Below the pieces are notes generated by a model that ran no database searches, was not told the origin of the DNA, and worked only from the letters and a program-made list of their open reading frames with translations. A DNA stretch of 63,784 nt, filler included, from an uncultured Clostridia bacterium (GTDB taxonomy: Bacteria > Aerophobota > Aerophobia > Aerophobales > B3-G15): NCBI GenBank assembly GCA_964482715.1. It is 3 parts of 3 records of this genome, joined end to end, with 100 filler letters (N's around TTAATTAATTAA, not from the genome) between each part and the next. Parts side by side here need not be neighbours in the genome. Positions count along the whole stretch, not along the records: positions 1 to 27,486 come from CAYZYX010000025.1; 2 more parts are not named here. The stretch is one strand, 5' to 3'. Below are positions 1-10,418 of the stretch, in pieces; position 1 is the stretch's first letter; each line of letters opens with the position of its first letter. Both the position numbers and the translations under genes were made by a program.

Positions 1-155
1 TGGATAATGATGTTCTCTATCTCCTCTGGCAAATGGTTAGGGTGTTTCCTTTTAGCTCTAAGTATGATTTTTGTGGGACGGTCATAGAGGTAAGCCTCCT
101 CTTTAAGGATACTAAACATTTTCCTTTTTACTCTCATTTTAGAACGGCGCCTCAT
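1..155 (-). other. Partial ORF running off the window edge, possibly an IS481-like transposase N-terminal remnant
   Basis: Manual translation MRRRSKMRVKRKMFSILKEEAYLYDRPTKIILRAKRKHPNHLPEEIENIII; the LYDR...HPN.LPEEIE..II segment recalls the post-HTH linker of IS481-family transposases. Confidence 0.25.
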
Positions 156-366
156 GGCCGTCCAGACCATCTTTATCTTTTTAAAATAATCACATCTTCT
201 TAATTTAAAGTGTGCAGTATCATTATAGCCAAACGCAGTGTTTAATTTGACAAAAAAAAGAATTGGGCTATTAATTCTACAAAAGAAATAAAAAAAATAA
301 ATGAGAAGTGCCGATAATTGCTTAGAATTTGTGAGGAAGGGGAGTGAAAAAATCTTTTGAGTTTAG

Positions 367-618
367 ATGGGCAAGAAAATATTTACAGATCATGCTAGTG
401 AAAGAATCGCTCAAAGAAAGATCGACATTAGTCGAATACATGAAACAATTGATAGTGCTGATCATACTAGTGATGTAAGTATTGATTTACCTTCCAGACG
501 AATAGTAAAGAAAAGATTTGAAAAAACCTTTGCAGATGGTGTTACTATTATTGTTATATGCGAGGTATTACCTGAACAAAAATACAAAATAATCACTGCA
601 TGGAAGAAAAAGGAGTAA
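367..618 (+). CDS. DUF4258-type putative toxin (RelE/BrnT-like fold)
   Basis: 83 aa; N-terminal FTDHASERIAQR and C-terminal KIITAW; directly upstream of a DUF2283 gene. Confidence 0.7.
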   Translation: MGKKIFTDHASERIAQRKIDISRIHETIDSADHTSDVSIDLPSRRIVKKRFEKTFADGVTIIVICEVLPEQKYKIITAWKKKE

Positions 619-635
619 AAAGGAGGAAATAAGAA

Positions 636-911
636 ATGATAAACATAAGCTATGATGAGAAAATTGGGGTAATTTATATTAAGCTTTCAGATAAAGACGT
701 CGATCGGACAATCGAGATTGAAGATAATCGTATATTGATTGATGTGGATAAAGAAGGTCATATTGTTGGATTAGAGATACTTGATTTGGAATTAGTAGCA
801 GAGCATCTTGGCTCGCTACTTCAGAAACCCGATGTTGATAAAGAACTTATTAAGGAGAAACTTAAGGCATTAAAGAGTCTTGGGAAAAAGCTCGAATGTG
901 TGCAAACGTGA
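636..911 (+). CDS. DUF2283 domain protein (putative antitoxin)
   Basis: ISYDEKIGVIYIKL and LIDVDKEGHIVGLEIL motifs; AGGAGG RBS. Confidence 0.8.
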   Translation: MINISYDEKIGVIYIKLSDKDVDRTIEIEDNRILIDVDKEGHIVGLEILDLELVAEHLGSLLQKPDVDKELIKEKLKALKSLGKKLECVQT

Positions 912-1184
912 TCCGATGATGTAGTAAAATAGTAGTAAAATGAAGTGAAAAATTAAGAAAAGGGGGGAAAGAAACAGAAGGGTAGGGGTGAACGAAACTA
1001 TGAGCCAGAGCATCTTTCAGAGATTTGGGAAGGATTTTGAAAAGGGGTTAAAATGGCTTATATAGAATCCGCGCCCGGCATTGTTTTTTTAAGAATGAAA
1101 TTCACTGAACCAGAGGTGTAGAAATTAAGCAGAATGCCCGGTTTCTTTCCTTAGAATAATCTCAACAAAATAAAAAATAAAGCA

Positions 1185-1721
1185 ATGCTAATCGAAGGAA
1201 GGGAAGTTAAAGCTTTGTATTTTAAAGATACTGACGTTCTATACGTTGAGCTACTCCTAAAAAAAGGGGATTGTCCAGAAAAAAGAGAATTTCCTGATGT
1301 TCAAATGTGTCCCGGTGATTGTCAGGGGACCTATCTCAGTGTTGCGATTAGAGGTGATAAAATAAGAATCATCGGGAGTATTTTTTCAGAACCCCATATT
1401 ATGTATAACAGAGAATTTCTGGAAAAACATAATCTTAAAAAAGAGGAGATTGGAAAATATGTAGAAAATTACTTAAGGGATAACTGTTTTACCCTGGAAT
1501 CTTATATGGGGGGAAGAAAAAAGAGAATCTACATTGAAGGAGAACATGTAGAGACAATATTTGAAGGCTGTGTTTTTAGATTAGCCCAGGGCGAGTTTTA
1601 CAGTCTATTAGAAAGGCTCAGACAGAAAGATATTGAGAAAATTGCCCAAAATCTGGATAATATTAGAAGGATACAGATTCCTACAACAACACAAGAGTTT
1701 GCTAAATTCACTCTAAATTAG
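1185..1721 (+). CDS. Hypothetical protein with a DUF2283-like N-terminal motif
   Basis: 178-aa ORF; YFKDTDVLYVEL resembles the DUF2283 start; remainder unrecognised. Confidence 0.5.
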   Translation: MLIEGREVKALYFKDTDVLYVELLLKKGDCPEKREFPDVQMCPGDCQGTYLSVAIRGDKIRIIGSIFSEPHIMYNREFLEKHNLKKEEIGKYVENYLRDNCFTLESYMGGRKKRIYIEGEHVETIFEGCVFRLAQGEFYSLLERLRQKDIEKIAQNLDNIRRIQIPTTTQEFAKFTLN

Positions 1722-1725
1722 ATAT

Positions 1726-2160
1726 TCATAACTGATAGAGGTCTTTTTCTTTTAGAAGATACATTCCCTTAGAAAGCAAGACCTCTTTTGCCTTCTTTAT
1801 ATTAGCAACGTTTACCACGAGAACCGCTCTTTTTCCCGATTCAATGACAAAACCATAGGCATCTTCGACATTTATGTTATTTTCGGCAAGAATCTCCACC
1901 ACCTGATGTAAACCTCCAGGCTTATCTTCCATACGAATAGCCAGAACTTCATTTAAAGCAACTGAGAGACCCGCCTGCTTTAAAAATTGATAGGCCTTCC
2001 GTGGATCAGAGACTATTAATTTAATTACACCGTAATCATCCCCACTCGCCACGGTTATAGCTCTAATATTTATGTTATTCCGGGTCAGTATCTCCGTGAT
2101 ACGCCGAATCTTCCCTGGTCTGTTTTGCGCAAAAACAGAAATCTGTTGAATTCTTTCCAT
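1726..2160 (-). CDS. Tandem ACT domain protein
   Basis: QISVFAQNRPG and EDKPGGL motifs; downstream of paaK. Confidence 0.9.
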   Translation of the reverse strand: MERIQQISVFAQNRPGKIRRITEILTRNNINIRAITVASGDDYGVIKLIVSDPRKAYQFLKQAGLSVALNEVLAIRMEDKPGGLHQVVEILAENNINVEDAYGFVIESGKRAVLVVNVANIKKAKEVLLSKGMYLLKEKDLYQL

Positions 2161-2170
2161 TTATTTATCC

Positions 2171-3472
2171 TCACAATTCTCTTTTATCAATGACTCTTTT
2201 TGATTTTCCTGTTGTACGAGGGAGAGCTCCTGGTTCAACTAATTCCACTTTGGGAGTCACCAGTAATTCCGATTTTAATCTGGTGGTTATCTTTTCCTGA
2301 AGTTTTTTTAGATTTTCAAGGGAACCGTCGAAAAATCTTTTTTTGATCTCCACTTTGATTTTCATAATGTCAAAAGATTTTTCTCTCTCCAGGACAATCT
2401 GGTAATTTCTTCCTACCTCAGGGATTTCCATTATAACTCTTTCTACTTCCGAAGGAAATACATTGACTCCTCTCACGATAAACATATCATCAACTCTACC
2501 CTTGATTCTGGATATTCTCCTGTGAGTTCTTCCGCATTTACACTGATCCGGATAGACATAAGTAATATCCCCGGTCCTGTATCTTATAATTGGCATTGCT
2601 TCCCTGTTGATGGTTGACAAAACAAGTTCTCCTTCCTCTCCTTCCGGAAGAGGTTCTCCTGTTTTAGGGTCTATCACCTCTAAGATAAAATTGTCCTCCC
2701 AGAGATGCATTCCTTCTTTCATCTCGCATTCGAAAGCCACTCCCGGGCCGTTCATTTCAGAAAGCCCGTAAGAATTGAAAACAGAGGCACCATAAATTTG
2801 TTCTATCTTATTTCGGGTTTCCTCCGAATACGGTTCTGCACCCAGATAGATTATCCGTAGATTGAGGTCTTTTCTAGGATCAATTCTCCTTTCTTCGAGG
2901 ACATCGGCAAGATAAAGAGCGTAACTGGGTGTTATGTGAATAATGGTGGTTTTGAAATCCCGCATGAGTTGAATCTGTCTTTCCGTATTTCCAGCTCCCG
3001 CAGGGATTACCAGAACCCCTAATTTTTCAGCACCGTAGTGAAATATAAGTCCACCAGTAAAAAGTCCGTAACTCATCATATTTTGAAAGACATCCCCTGG
3101 TCGGGCACCGGTCATTTCCATAGAACGAGCAATAAGTTCTGCTGCTTGCTCAATGTCGTTCTTGCTAAAGAAAATGGCCTTAGGTTTACCGGTTGTTCCG
3201 GTAGAGGTATGGACACGAACTATCTTTTCCAGAGGTAGGGCAAGGAATCCAAAGGGAAAATTTTTCCTTAAATCATCTCTGGTGGTGAAGGGAAATCTGG
3301 TAATATCCTGCAGAGATTTTACACTTTCTGGATTGATCCCTTTTTCTTCCCATATTTTACGGTATAAAGGACAGTTTTTAAATGTTCTCTCAATGGTCTT
3401 TTTAAAACGGGCAAACTGTAATTTTTCCAGTTCCTTTCTATTCAGATACTGGATTTTGTCTCTGGTGTTCAT
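2171..3472 (-). CDS. paaK: Phenylacetate--CoA ligase family protein
   Basis: HTSTGTTGKP loop, YGLSEM, RYRTGD, GRVDDMFIVRGVNVFP. Confidence 0.9.
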   Translation of the reverse strand: MNTRDKIQYLNRKELEKLQFARFKKTIERTFKNCPLYRKIWEEKGINPESVKSLQDITRFPFTTRDDLRKNFPFGFLALPLEKIVRVHTSTGTTGKPKAIFFSKNDIEQAAELIARSMEMTGARPGDVFQNMMSYGLFTGGLIFHYGAEKLGVLVIPAGAGNTERQIQLMRDFKTTIIHITPSYALYLADVLEERRIDPRKDLNLRIIYLGAEPYSEETRNKIEQIYGASVFNSYGLSEMNGPGVAFECEMKEGMHLWEDNFILEVIDPKTGEPLPEGEEGELVLSTINREAMPIIRYRTGDITYVYPDQCKCGRTHRRISRIKGRVDDMFIVRGVNVFPSEVERVIMEIPEVGRNYQIVLEREKSFDIMKIKVEIKKRFFDGSLENLKKLQEKITTRLKSELLVTPKVELVEPGALPRTTGKSKRVIDKREL

Positions 3473-3481
3473 TTCCTTAAA

Positions 3482-3928
3482 TTACATAGAATAAACATCC
3501 TCTGGTCCCAAAATTTCAATCCCGTTTTCCCTGAGGCTGGCAATAGCCTCGTCGATGTTTTCAATTCTAAACACCACAAAAGCATCCTCACCTGATTTCT
3601 TTACAAAGGCGTAAAGATACTCTACATTGAAGGCTGACTCTTTCAATATTTCTAAAATTCTGGCCAGACCACCTGGTTTATCCGGCACTTTAACCACAAT
3701 TACATCAGTCTGCTTTGCAGCAAATCCTTTTTCTTTGAGTCCTTTCAGAGCCTCTTCGGGTTTATCCACTATCATCCTCAAAATTCCAAATTCAGCAGTA
3801 TCAGCAATGGCGAGTGCTCTAATGTTTATTCTGTTTTGGCCAAGCAAACTGGTAATCTCGGCTAATCTTCCTATTTTATTTTCGAGAAATACCGAAATCT
3901 GTTTAACTTTCATTAATTCCTCCCTCAT
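3482..3928 (-). CDS. Tandem ACT domain protein
   Basis: [14 protein letters not shown] and VPDKPGGL motifs. Confidence 0.9.
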   Translation of the reverse strand: MREELMKVKQISVFLENKIGRLAEITSLLGQNRINIRALAIADTAEFGILRMIVDKPEEALKGLKEKGFAAKQTDVIVVKVPDKPGGLARILEILKESAFNVEYLYAFVKKSGEDAFVVFRIENIDEAIASLRENGIEILGPEDVYSM

Positions 3929-5226
3929 TTGATTTCTCTTTTGTCGATAATTCTTTTGGCTTTACCGGCAGTTCTCTGAATACTTTTTGGTTCCACCAAT
4001 CTTACTTTTACTCTTAGACCAAGATTCTCTTCTATGGTCTTTGCAATTTTAGCTTCCACCTCTTCTATTTTTTTGACTTCGTCAAAGAATATTTCAGGAG
4101 TAGTTTCCACTTCAACAGTCAACTCATCAAGACCTCTTTTTCTTTCCAGAATGAGCTGATAATGAGGCTCTGTTTCTTCCACCTGCATAAGTGCACTCTC
4201 AATTTGAGAGGGGAAGATATTGACCCCTCTTATGATAAGCATGTCATCAGTTCGGCCTCTTATCTTGGATATACGAGCTATAGTGCGTCCACACCTGCAG
4301 GGAGAATAATTAATTGAAGTAATATCCCTGGTTCTGTATCTTATAAGAGAAGTCCCTTCTCTGGTTAATGTGGTTATCACCAGCTCACCTTCTTCTCCCT
4401 CTGGTAAAGGCTCAAGAGTGTCAGGGTCAATTATCTCGGGAAGGAAATGATCTTCGTAGATATGAAGGCCATTTTTATATTCACATTCTTGAGCCACTCC
4501 TGGTCCTATGATTTCTGTTAATCCATATATATCCAGGGCTACAATTCCCAACCTTTTTTCTATCTCATCACGTAGTTGTTCAGACCAGAATTCGGCACCA
4601 AAAACACCGGCTCTAATGGGAAGTTTGGTTGGGTCTTCCCCCATCTCTTCAGCTATTTCAGCTATATGCAGAGCGTAGGAAGGTGTGCAGGTGAGTATTG
4701 TGGCACCAAAATCTTTCATCATCATAATCTGGCGCCTGGTCTGTCCCCCGGAGATAGGTATAACTTTTGCCCCAATTCGGTGAGCTCCGTAATGTATTCC
4801 AAGCCCTCCAGTAAAAAGACCATATCCATAGGCGTTTTGTACTACATCTTTTTTAGTGGTTCCGGCACTGGTTAACGCTCTTGCCATAACCTCGGACCAT
4901 ATTTCTATGTCTCCCCTGGTGTATCCATCAACGACAGGCTTGCCTGTTGTTCCTGAAGAGATATGTACCTCCACTATCTCTTCCGGGGAAGAGGTAAATA
5001 ATCCAAAGGGGTAGCCTTCACGGAGTTCATCTTTGGTGGTAAAAGGAAGCCTCCGCAGGTCATCCAAGGATTTTATCTGGTGGGGTTTTACCCCAGCTTG
5101 ATCCAGCTTTTTTCTGTAAAATGGAAGACGACTGTAGACTCTTTCTACTGTGTGCCTTAGCCTTTCAAATTGTAACTTCTTCAATTCTTCTCTATCAATA
5201 CATTCATATTTTGGATTCCAGATCAT
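3925..5226 (-). CDS. paaK: Phenylacetate--CoA ligase family protein
   Basis: [37 protein letters not shown]. Confidence 0.92.
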   Translation of the reverse strand: MIWNPKYECIDREELKKLQFERLRHTVERVYSRLPFYRKKLDQAGVKPHQIKSLDDLRRLPFTTKDELREGYPFGLFTSSPEEIVEVHISSGTTGKPVVDGYTRGDIEIWSEVMARALTSAGTTKKDVVQNAYGYGLFTGGLGIHYGAHRIGAKVIPISGGQTRRQIMMMKDFGATILTCTPSYALHIAEIAEEMGEDPTKLPIRAGVFGAEFWSEQLRDEIEKRLGIVALDIYGLTEIIGPGVAQECEYKNGLHIYEDHFLPEIIDPDTLEPLPEGEEGELVITTLTREGTSLIRYRTRDITSINYSPCRCGRTIARISKIRGRTDDMLIIRGVNIFPSQIESALMQVEETEPHYQLILERKRGLDELTVEVETTPEIFFDEVKKIEEVEAKIAKTIEENLGLRVKVRLVEPKSIQRTAGKAKRIIDKREIK

Positions 5227-5242
5227 GCCTCCTCTCCTTTTT

Positions 5243-5273
5243 AAAAAAATAGAGGGGAAATCCCCTCTATTTT
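5243..5273 (-). terminator. Intrinsic terminator-like hairpin after tonB
   Basis: Minus strand AAAATAGAGGGG-ATTT-CCCCTCTATTTTTTT: perfect stem plus U-tract. Confidence 0.75.
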
Positions 5274-5295
5274 GCTTGTCTTTCTAAAAAACTTT

Positions 5296-6114
5296 TTACT
5301 TCACGAATCTAAAGTAAAATTCTCCTTCGTAGGTTTTAACTTCTGGTTCGTCTATAGAACTAAATCTCCATTTGAGCAAGGTATTGTGTATTTCCTTATC
5401 AAAGGCACGCCATCCAGACGTTCGAATGATTTCAACATCCAGAACTTCCCCCGTTGCTGCAACGTAAATTCTTACTCTACCTTCTCCTTCTATTCCTTTC
5501 TCTTCCATTTCACGAGGATAGGTTGGTTGAGGTGCTCTCTCGGGTCTTCTGGTTCCCAGACCCTTAAATGTAATTCCCACCGGACCTTGAACGCCAGCAC
5601 CTTTACCAGTACCCGCTTCCTCACTTCCAGCTGAGGGGACAAAAGAGGGGATGCCACCCTTAACTGGAGAAGGAATTTTAGGTGGGATTCCCGGCAAAGC
5701 TTCAGGGGATCCGCGAGCTGCTTTTTGAGTCTCTTTTTCAACTTTAAAAAGAGGCTCTACCTGTCTGGGGGTTGCAGCTGGTCTTATCTCAGGAGCAGGG
5801 AAGGCAACCTCCATTTCGCTCTTACTTTCCACTCGTGGTGTTAAGACTGGTATGTTTTGGGTTGCCTGAATCTTAACTTCAACAGGGGAAAGGCGAGGAA
5901 TCACCTTTTTTTTGGTTTTCTTTTGAACTGGAGGGGGTGCTGCAATTTTCGTTACCACAGGCTTGGGTTTCACCTTAATAAGAGCAACTTCCACTATCTT
6001 TGGCTTTTTTTTTGCAGGTAGAGCAGTCTCCCAAATAGGAAAGAACACTATTAAAAAGAAATGCAGTGCGGCAGAAATTAAGAGCGCCAATTTAAAAAAA
6101 TTTTTTTGTCTCAT
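5296..6114 (-). CDS. tonB: Energy transducer TonB
   Basis: N-terminal TM with SAALH motif, Pro-rich linker, C-terminal PTYP...GIEG...SG...FD domain; downstream of exbBD. Confidence 0.88.
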   Translation of the reverse strand: MRQKNFFKLALLISAALHFFLIVFFPIWETALPAKKKPKIVEVALIKVKPKPVVTKIAAPPPVQKKTKKKVIPRLSPVEVKIQATQNIPVLTPRVESKSEMEVAFPAPEIRPAATPRQVEPLFKVEKETQKAARGSPEALPGIPPKIPSPVKGGIPSFVPSAGSEEAGTGKGAGVQGPVGITFKGLGTRRPERAPQPTYPREMEEKGIEGEGRVRIYVAATGEVLDVEIIRTSGWRAFDKEIHNTLLKWRFSSIDEPEVKTYEGEFYFRFVK

Positions 6115-6128
6115 TTTCCAGATTCACC

Positions 6129-6542
6129 TTATCTTTCTTTTTCGGGAGCAGTAAGAATACCCAGTTTTCCGGCTCCTGCCTTTCTGGCAAGATCCATCAC
6201 TCTTACCACCCTCCCGTGTTTTACCTCTTTGTCAGCATTTATTATGACTAAACTACCTTTTCTTTTGATCTCTTTCCTTAAAAGGGAAACAAGATTTTCC
6301 TCTTTAACCCATTTTTTTCCAAGGTAGATTTGATTATCTTTAGTTATGGAGATCACGATATTTTCTTCAATTTTTTCTTCGGGTGTGGTGGTTCTTGGCA
6401 GGTCAACTTTTATTCCATACCTTATAGTGGCAAAAGTGGTGGAGACCATAAAGAATATAAGCAGTAGAAATACTACGTCAATAAGAGGAGTCAAATTTAT
6501 GAAGACTTCTTCTGATCTTGAACGAGGTCGACTAAATTTCAT
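6129..6542 (-). CDS. exbD: Biopolymer transporter ExbD
   Basis: INLTPLIDVVFLLLIFFM signature. Confidence 0.92.
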   Translation of the reverse strand: MKFSRPRSRSEEVFINLTPLIDVVFLLLIFFMVSTTFATIRYGIKVDLPRTTTPEEKIEENIVISITKDNQIYLGKKWVKEENLVSLLRKEIKRKGSLVIINADKEVKHGRVVRVMDLARKAGAGKLGILTAPEKER

Positions 6543-7154
6543 TTATTCTCCTGTAATAAAATCTATAAACTCCCCGCTTACACTTTCAAATTGACGAACG
6601 ATTTTGTCTGTTCGGTGCATAAAGTAATTATAAAAGACAAGAGAAGGAATAGCTATGGTAAGTCCAACAGCAGTAGTAATAAGAGCTTCAGCAATTCCTC
6701 CTGCCAGAGCACCCGGTTCTCCCACTCCCTGGGCAGCTATGACATTGAAGGCTTTTATCATTCCCATCACTGTTCCCAGAAGTCCAATTAGAGGAGCAAC
6801 AGTAACAATGGTGCCAAGTATTTTTAGTCTTTTTTCCAGATGGGGAATCTCCATTGAACCAGCATCTTCCAAGGCTTCTTTTATCTCTTCTTTACTTTTA
6901 TTTCTTTTTTGAATTCCCGCTTTTAAAATTCTGGCAAGTGGTGAGGGAGTAACTTCACACAATGCCAAAATCTTCTCCACCTTATTATCTTCATTACCAT
7001 TAATTATGCCTCTTGTTCTTTCTGCAAATTTCTGGGAGCGGATCTCGATCAACCGCAAAGTAATGAACTTTTCAATTATTATAGCCAGGGCAAGAACAGA
7101 GCAGAAGATAAGAGGGATCATTAAATATCCACCTTTAAAAATTAACTCTAACAT
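6543..7154 (-). CDS. exbB: MotA/TolQ/ExbB proton channel protein
   Basis: APLIGLLGTV and GIAEALITTAVGL motifs. Confidence 0.9.
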   Translation of the reverse strand: MLELIFKGGYLMIPLIFCSVLALAIIIEKFITLRLIEIRSQKFAERTRGIINGNEDNKVEKILALCEVTPSPLARILKAGIQKRNKSKEEIKEALEDAGSMEIPHLEKRLKILGTIVTVAPLIGLLGTVMGMIKAFNVIAAQGVGEPGALAGGIAEALITTAVGLTIAIPSLVFYNYFMHRTDKIVRQFESVSGEFIDFITGE

Positions 7155-7227
7155 CTTCCCTCCTTTTTCAAGACTTCTTTTATCCTAACCCATCACTTTA
7201 TTTTGTCAACCCTCATCCTCTTTTGGA

Positions 7228-8484
7228 TTATCCACCTATATCTTTTCGGTGATACATCCCCTCAAAATCTATTTTGCTAACTCCTCGATAAGCTGTTTCT
7301 GCAGACTCTTTCAAATTTTTACCCATCCCACAAACTCCAATCACTCTACCTCCATTGGTAATAAGATTATCATTTTCCCTTTTTACTCCGGCACAAAAAA
7401 CAAAGACATTTTTTAGTCTCTCGGCTTCCTCTATTCCTTTTATAATTTTACCTTTCTCATAATTTCCTGGATACCCTTTAGACGCAAGAACCACACAGGT
7501 TGCAGCTTGAGAACGCCATTTTAGATTAATTGTCTCCAGTCTCCCCGCCTGTGCACACAGGAAAACCTCCATCAGGTCTGTATGAAGACGAGGAAGGGTT
7601 ACCTGAGTTTCAGGATCTCCAAAACGGCAGTTATATTCGAGCACCTTTGGTTCTCCCTCTTCAATCATTAATCCCACATAAAGTACACCCCGATAAACTA
7701 TTCCTTCATTTCTTAGACCCCTCAAAGTGGGAATAACGATTTTTTTCATTATTTTTTTGAAAAGAGGTGGTTTTAATGAAGCGGGAGAATAGGCTCCCAT
7801 TCCCCCGGTGTTAGGTCCCCGGTTATTTTCATAAAGTGGCTTATAATCTCTTGAGGAGACAAGGGATTTTGCCGTGTTTCCATCTGTTATAACAAAGAAT
7901 GAAAGTTCTTTTCCTTTAAGCCTTTTCTCAATTACTATTCTTTTCCCCGCTGAGCCAAATACCTTTTTTTCCAGAATCTTTCTTACTGCATCTTCTGCCT
8001 CATCCTTTGATTGAGTTACCAGTGACCCTTTTCCTCCAGCAAGTCCATCTGCTTTTACTACCACCGAATGTTCTTGCTGGTCAATATAATTCAAGGCCTT
8101 ATCCAGATCCGAGAAGGTCTCAAATTCAGCGGTGGGGATACCGTATTTTTTCATGAATTTTTTAGCCCAAACTTTACTCCCCTCCAGCCGTGCAGCCTCT
8201 CTGGTTGGGCCAAATATTTTAAACCCTTCTTTTTCAAACTCATCCACCACGCCATTTACAAGAGGAGCTTCCGGCCCAACAATAGTGAAGTCAACCTTCT
8301 CTTTTCTGACGAACTCAATAAGTGAGGAGAAATCTTTTTCCCATGAGAGATCCACGCAGGAAGCTATTTTTTCAATTCCTGCGTTTCCTGGAATACAGAA
8401 AATTTTTTCCACAAGAGGACTCTGGGATAGCTTCCAGCAAATAGCATGTTCTCGTCCCCCTCCTCCTAAAACCAGGACTTTCAA
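7228..8484 (-). CDS. purD: Phosphoribosylamine--glycine ligase
   Basis: GGGGREHA, GPNTGGMGAYSP, EYNCRFGDPE; start moved to the TTG at 8484 after a GGGAGG RBS. Confidence 0.95.
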   Translation of the reverse strand: MKVLVLGGGGREHAICWKLSQSPLVEKIFCIPGNAGIEKIASCVDLSWEKDFSSLIEFVRKEKVDFTIVGPEAPLVNGVVDEFEKEGFKIFGPTREAARLEGSKVWAKKFMKKYGIPTAEFETFSDLDKALNYIDQQEHSVVVKADGLAGGKGSLVTQSKDEAEDAVRKILEKKVFGSAGKRIVIEKRLKGKELSFFVITDGNTAKSLVSSRDYKPLYENNRGPNTGGMGAYSPASLKPPLFKKIMKKIVIPTLRGLRNEGIVYRGVLYVGLMIEEGEPKVLEYNCRFGDPETQVTLPRLHTDLMEVFLCAQAGRLETINLKWRSQAATCVVLASKGYPGNYEKGKIIKGIEEAERLKNVFVFCAGVKRENDNLITNGGRVIGVCGMGKNLKESAETAYRGVSKIDFEGMYHRKDIGG

Positions 8485-8515
8485 TTGTAACCTCCCTGAA
8501 ATTCTTTTAATAAAA

Positions 8516-10405
8516 TTAAGAAAAGGCTGCAATATAAAAGCTCAATCCATATTCAATCTGAGGTTTGTTTTTGATTTCCAGCTTAGCTCCTAAACAGTGA
8601 ATCTGTGCGTCAAAGGAAAAATTTAATTTGCGCCAGCTTTTTTGTTCTAAATCGTATTCCACCTGTGTAGAAATTGATAGTTTCTCAGAAAGTTTAAGTG
8701 AAGCTGCCAGTAAGGCAAGTCTTCTGTCATAGTCAGGATAATCTGAATAGGTTCCTTCCAGATAATGTTTTTTCCCCTCAAGTTGCATTCCCCATCGAAA
8801 ATAAGAGACCTCTTTTTTATAAAAATTATAAGAAAACTCACCATAAATCTTACTTTGGGAAAACGGAACAGCCAAAATTGCATTTAGAGGTTCCATTTTT
8901 CGAGTTAGGAGATTGTAATTCGTTTCCAATTCCAGAGAGAGGAAAGGGGAACCTTTGCGATAAAAGAAATTCTGCAACTTAATTTGAGTAAATTCTTGCT
9001 CATTCAATAGTTCTCTTTCCTTAACATCCAAAACAGGAAACTCCTCCCCCAGTTTATCCTCTTTGTGGTAACCAAGAGTAAGAAGTAGCTCATGAGTGAA
9101 ATCTTTTCTCTTTCCTGTAAGTTGAAAAAATAACTTGCAACCCTGACCATCTACGATTTTATACTGGAAAAATTTATCCTGCTCCTGATAATAAAAAATC
9201 TTCCACTCTAAGAAAGGTTTAAGTCTAAAATATTTTAAAAACGATAAAGGATAAGAAAGGTTGAGTCGAGAGTAAGCCCTGGTCAGCACCTTGTTTTTAT
9301 CTTGAAGGAAGTTGGTTAATTCGGTCTTTTCCTTAAGATATAATCCAGAGGAAAAAATATCAGGCTGGAAAAAACCCATGGTTAGCCTTGGTAAAAGTTC
9401 CGGATAATCAACAAACGAGGTAACCCTTGGTTGCCATCTCATCTCCAGAATAGAGGTTGAGCTCGAATTACTCAAGCTGAGAAATGACGGCAAGACTTCT
9501 TTTTCCTCAGAGGATAGAAAATAAACATAATTTTCCAGGATTTCTCTATCGCTAAAGTAGTCAACCGATAACCTTAACCGCCACCGAGAAAAGAACGGGC
9601 TGAGGCAGCGGATCTTTAACATTCCTCGCTCCTGGCCGGAGTTTTTTTCTTTTAAGTAATAAGTTATAAAGGTTACCCTTTTTTCTCCATTGGATAAAAA
9701 ACTAAATCCCCCTGCCCACCCCTTTTTTTCTCTCCAATCAAGACGAAATTCACCCTGAAGCAAGGGTGAGATATAAAGGTAATAACCACTCCTCACGTAC
9801 CATCCGGAAAATTCACTGTATCCAGGTCGGGGAAGAATAAAATGACTTTTTTCCCGAAAATTATAGATAAAAAGAGGGGTCCAGAAGATAGGTAAACTAC
9901 CAAGATAAAAAATAGCCCCCTTTGCCACCATTTTTTCTTCAGGGTAAATTTGAATAACACGGGCTTTTACATGATAGTGAGGACGTTCATATTCGCAGGT
10001 TGTGAAACTACTGTTTTTTAATTCCACTCCTTCGGGAAAAAACGAGGCTTTCTCTGCCCGGAATATAATTGGGCCTTCCTTTCCCTGAGGATACTCAAGA
10101 GTCCCCTGTTTTTTACTAAAATTGTAAAAAAGATTTTTACCCTGGATGGTATAGGGATAAAAACAGAGTTTTACTCTTCCTATAGCCTGGAGCTCGCTCG
10201 TATCGAGGCTAATTTCTACCCGTTCAGCATCTATAGAGATTTCTCCAAGCTTCACTTTTACCTCACCTTCCCCTACAAGTTTTGGCGGATTGTAAAACCA
10301 GGTCAAATTGTCGCCTTTAAGATCTATACTTTGATAAGCAGGGGAAGAATAAAAACCGGTTAGGAGGACCACCACATAAGTCAGGATTGTCGTCCATGCC
10401 TTCAT
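8516..10405 (-). CDS. lptD: LPS-assembly protein LptD-like
   Basis: Signal peptide, FTTC...PHY motif, aromatic-rich beta-barrel C-terminus; downstream of lptCAB. Confidence 0.78.
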   Translation of the reverse strand: MKAWTTILTYVVVLLTGFYSSPAYQSIDLKGDNLTWFYNPPKLVGEGEVKVKLGEISIDAERVEISLDTSELQAIGRVKLCFYPYTIQGKNLFYNFSKKQGTLEYPQGKEGPIIFRAEKASFFPEGVELKNSSFTTCEYERPHYHVKARVIQIYPEEKMVAKGAIFYLGSLPIFWTPLFIYNFREKSHFILPRPGYSEFSGWYVRSGYYLYISPLLQGEFRLDWREKKGWAGGFSFLSNGEKRVTFITYYLKEKNSGQERGMLKIRCLSPFFSRWRLRLSVDYFSDREILENYVYFLSSEEKEVLPSFLSLSNSSSTSILEMRWQPRVTSFVDYPELLPRLTMGFFQPDIFSSGLYLKEKTELTNFLQDKNKVLTRAYSRLNLSYPLSFLKYFRLKPFLEWKIFYYQEQDKFFQYKIVDGQGCKLFFQLTGKRKDFTHELLLTLGYHKEDKLGEEFPVLDVKERELLNEQEFTQIKLQNFFYRKGSPFLSLELETNYNLLTRKMEPLNAILAVPFSQSKIYGEFSYNFYKKEVSYFRWGMQLEGKKHYLEGTYSDYPDYDRRLALLAASLKLSEKLSISTQVEYDLEQKSWRKLNFSFDAQIHCLGAKLEIKNKPQIEYGLSFYIAAFS

Positions 10406-10418
10406 AACTCCACAGCTT

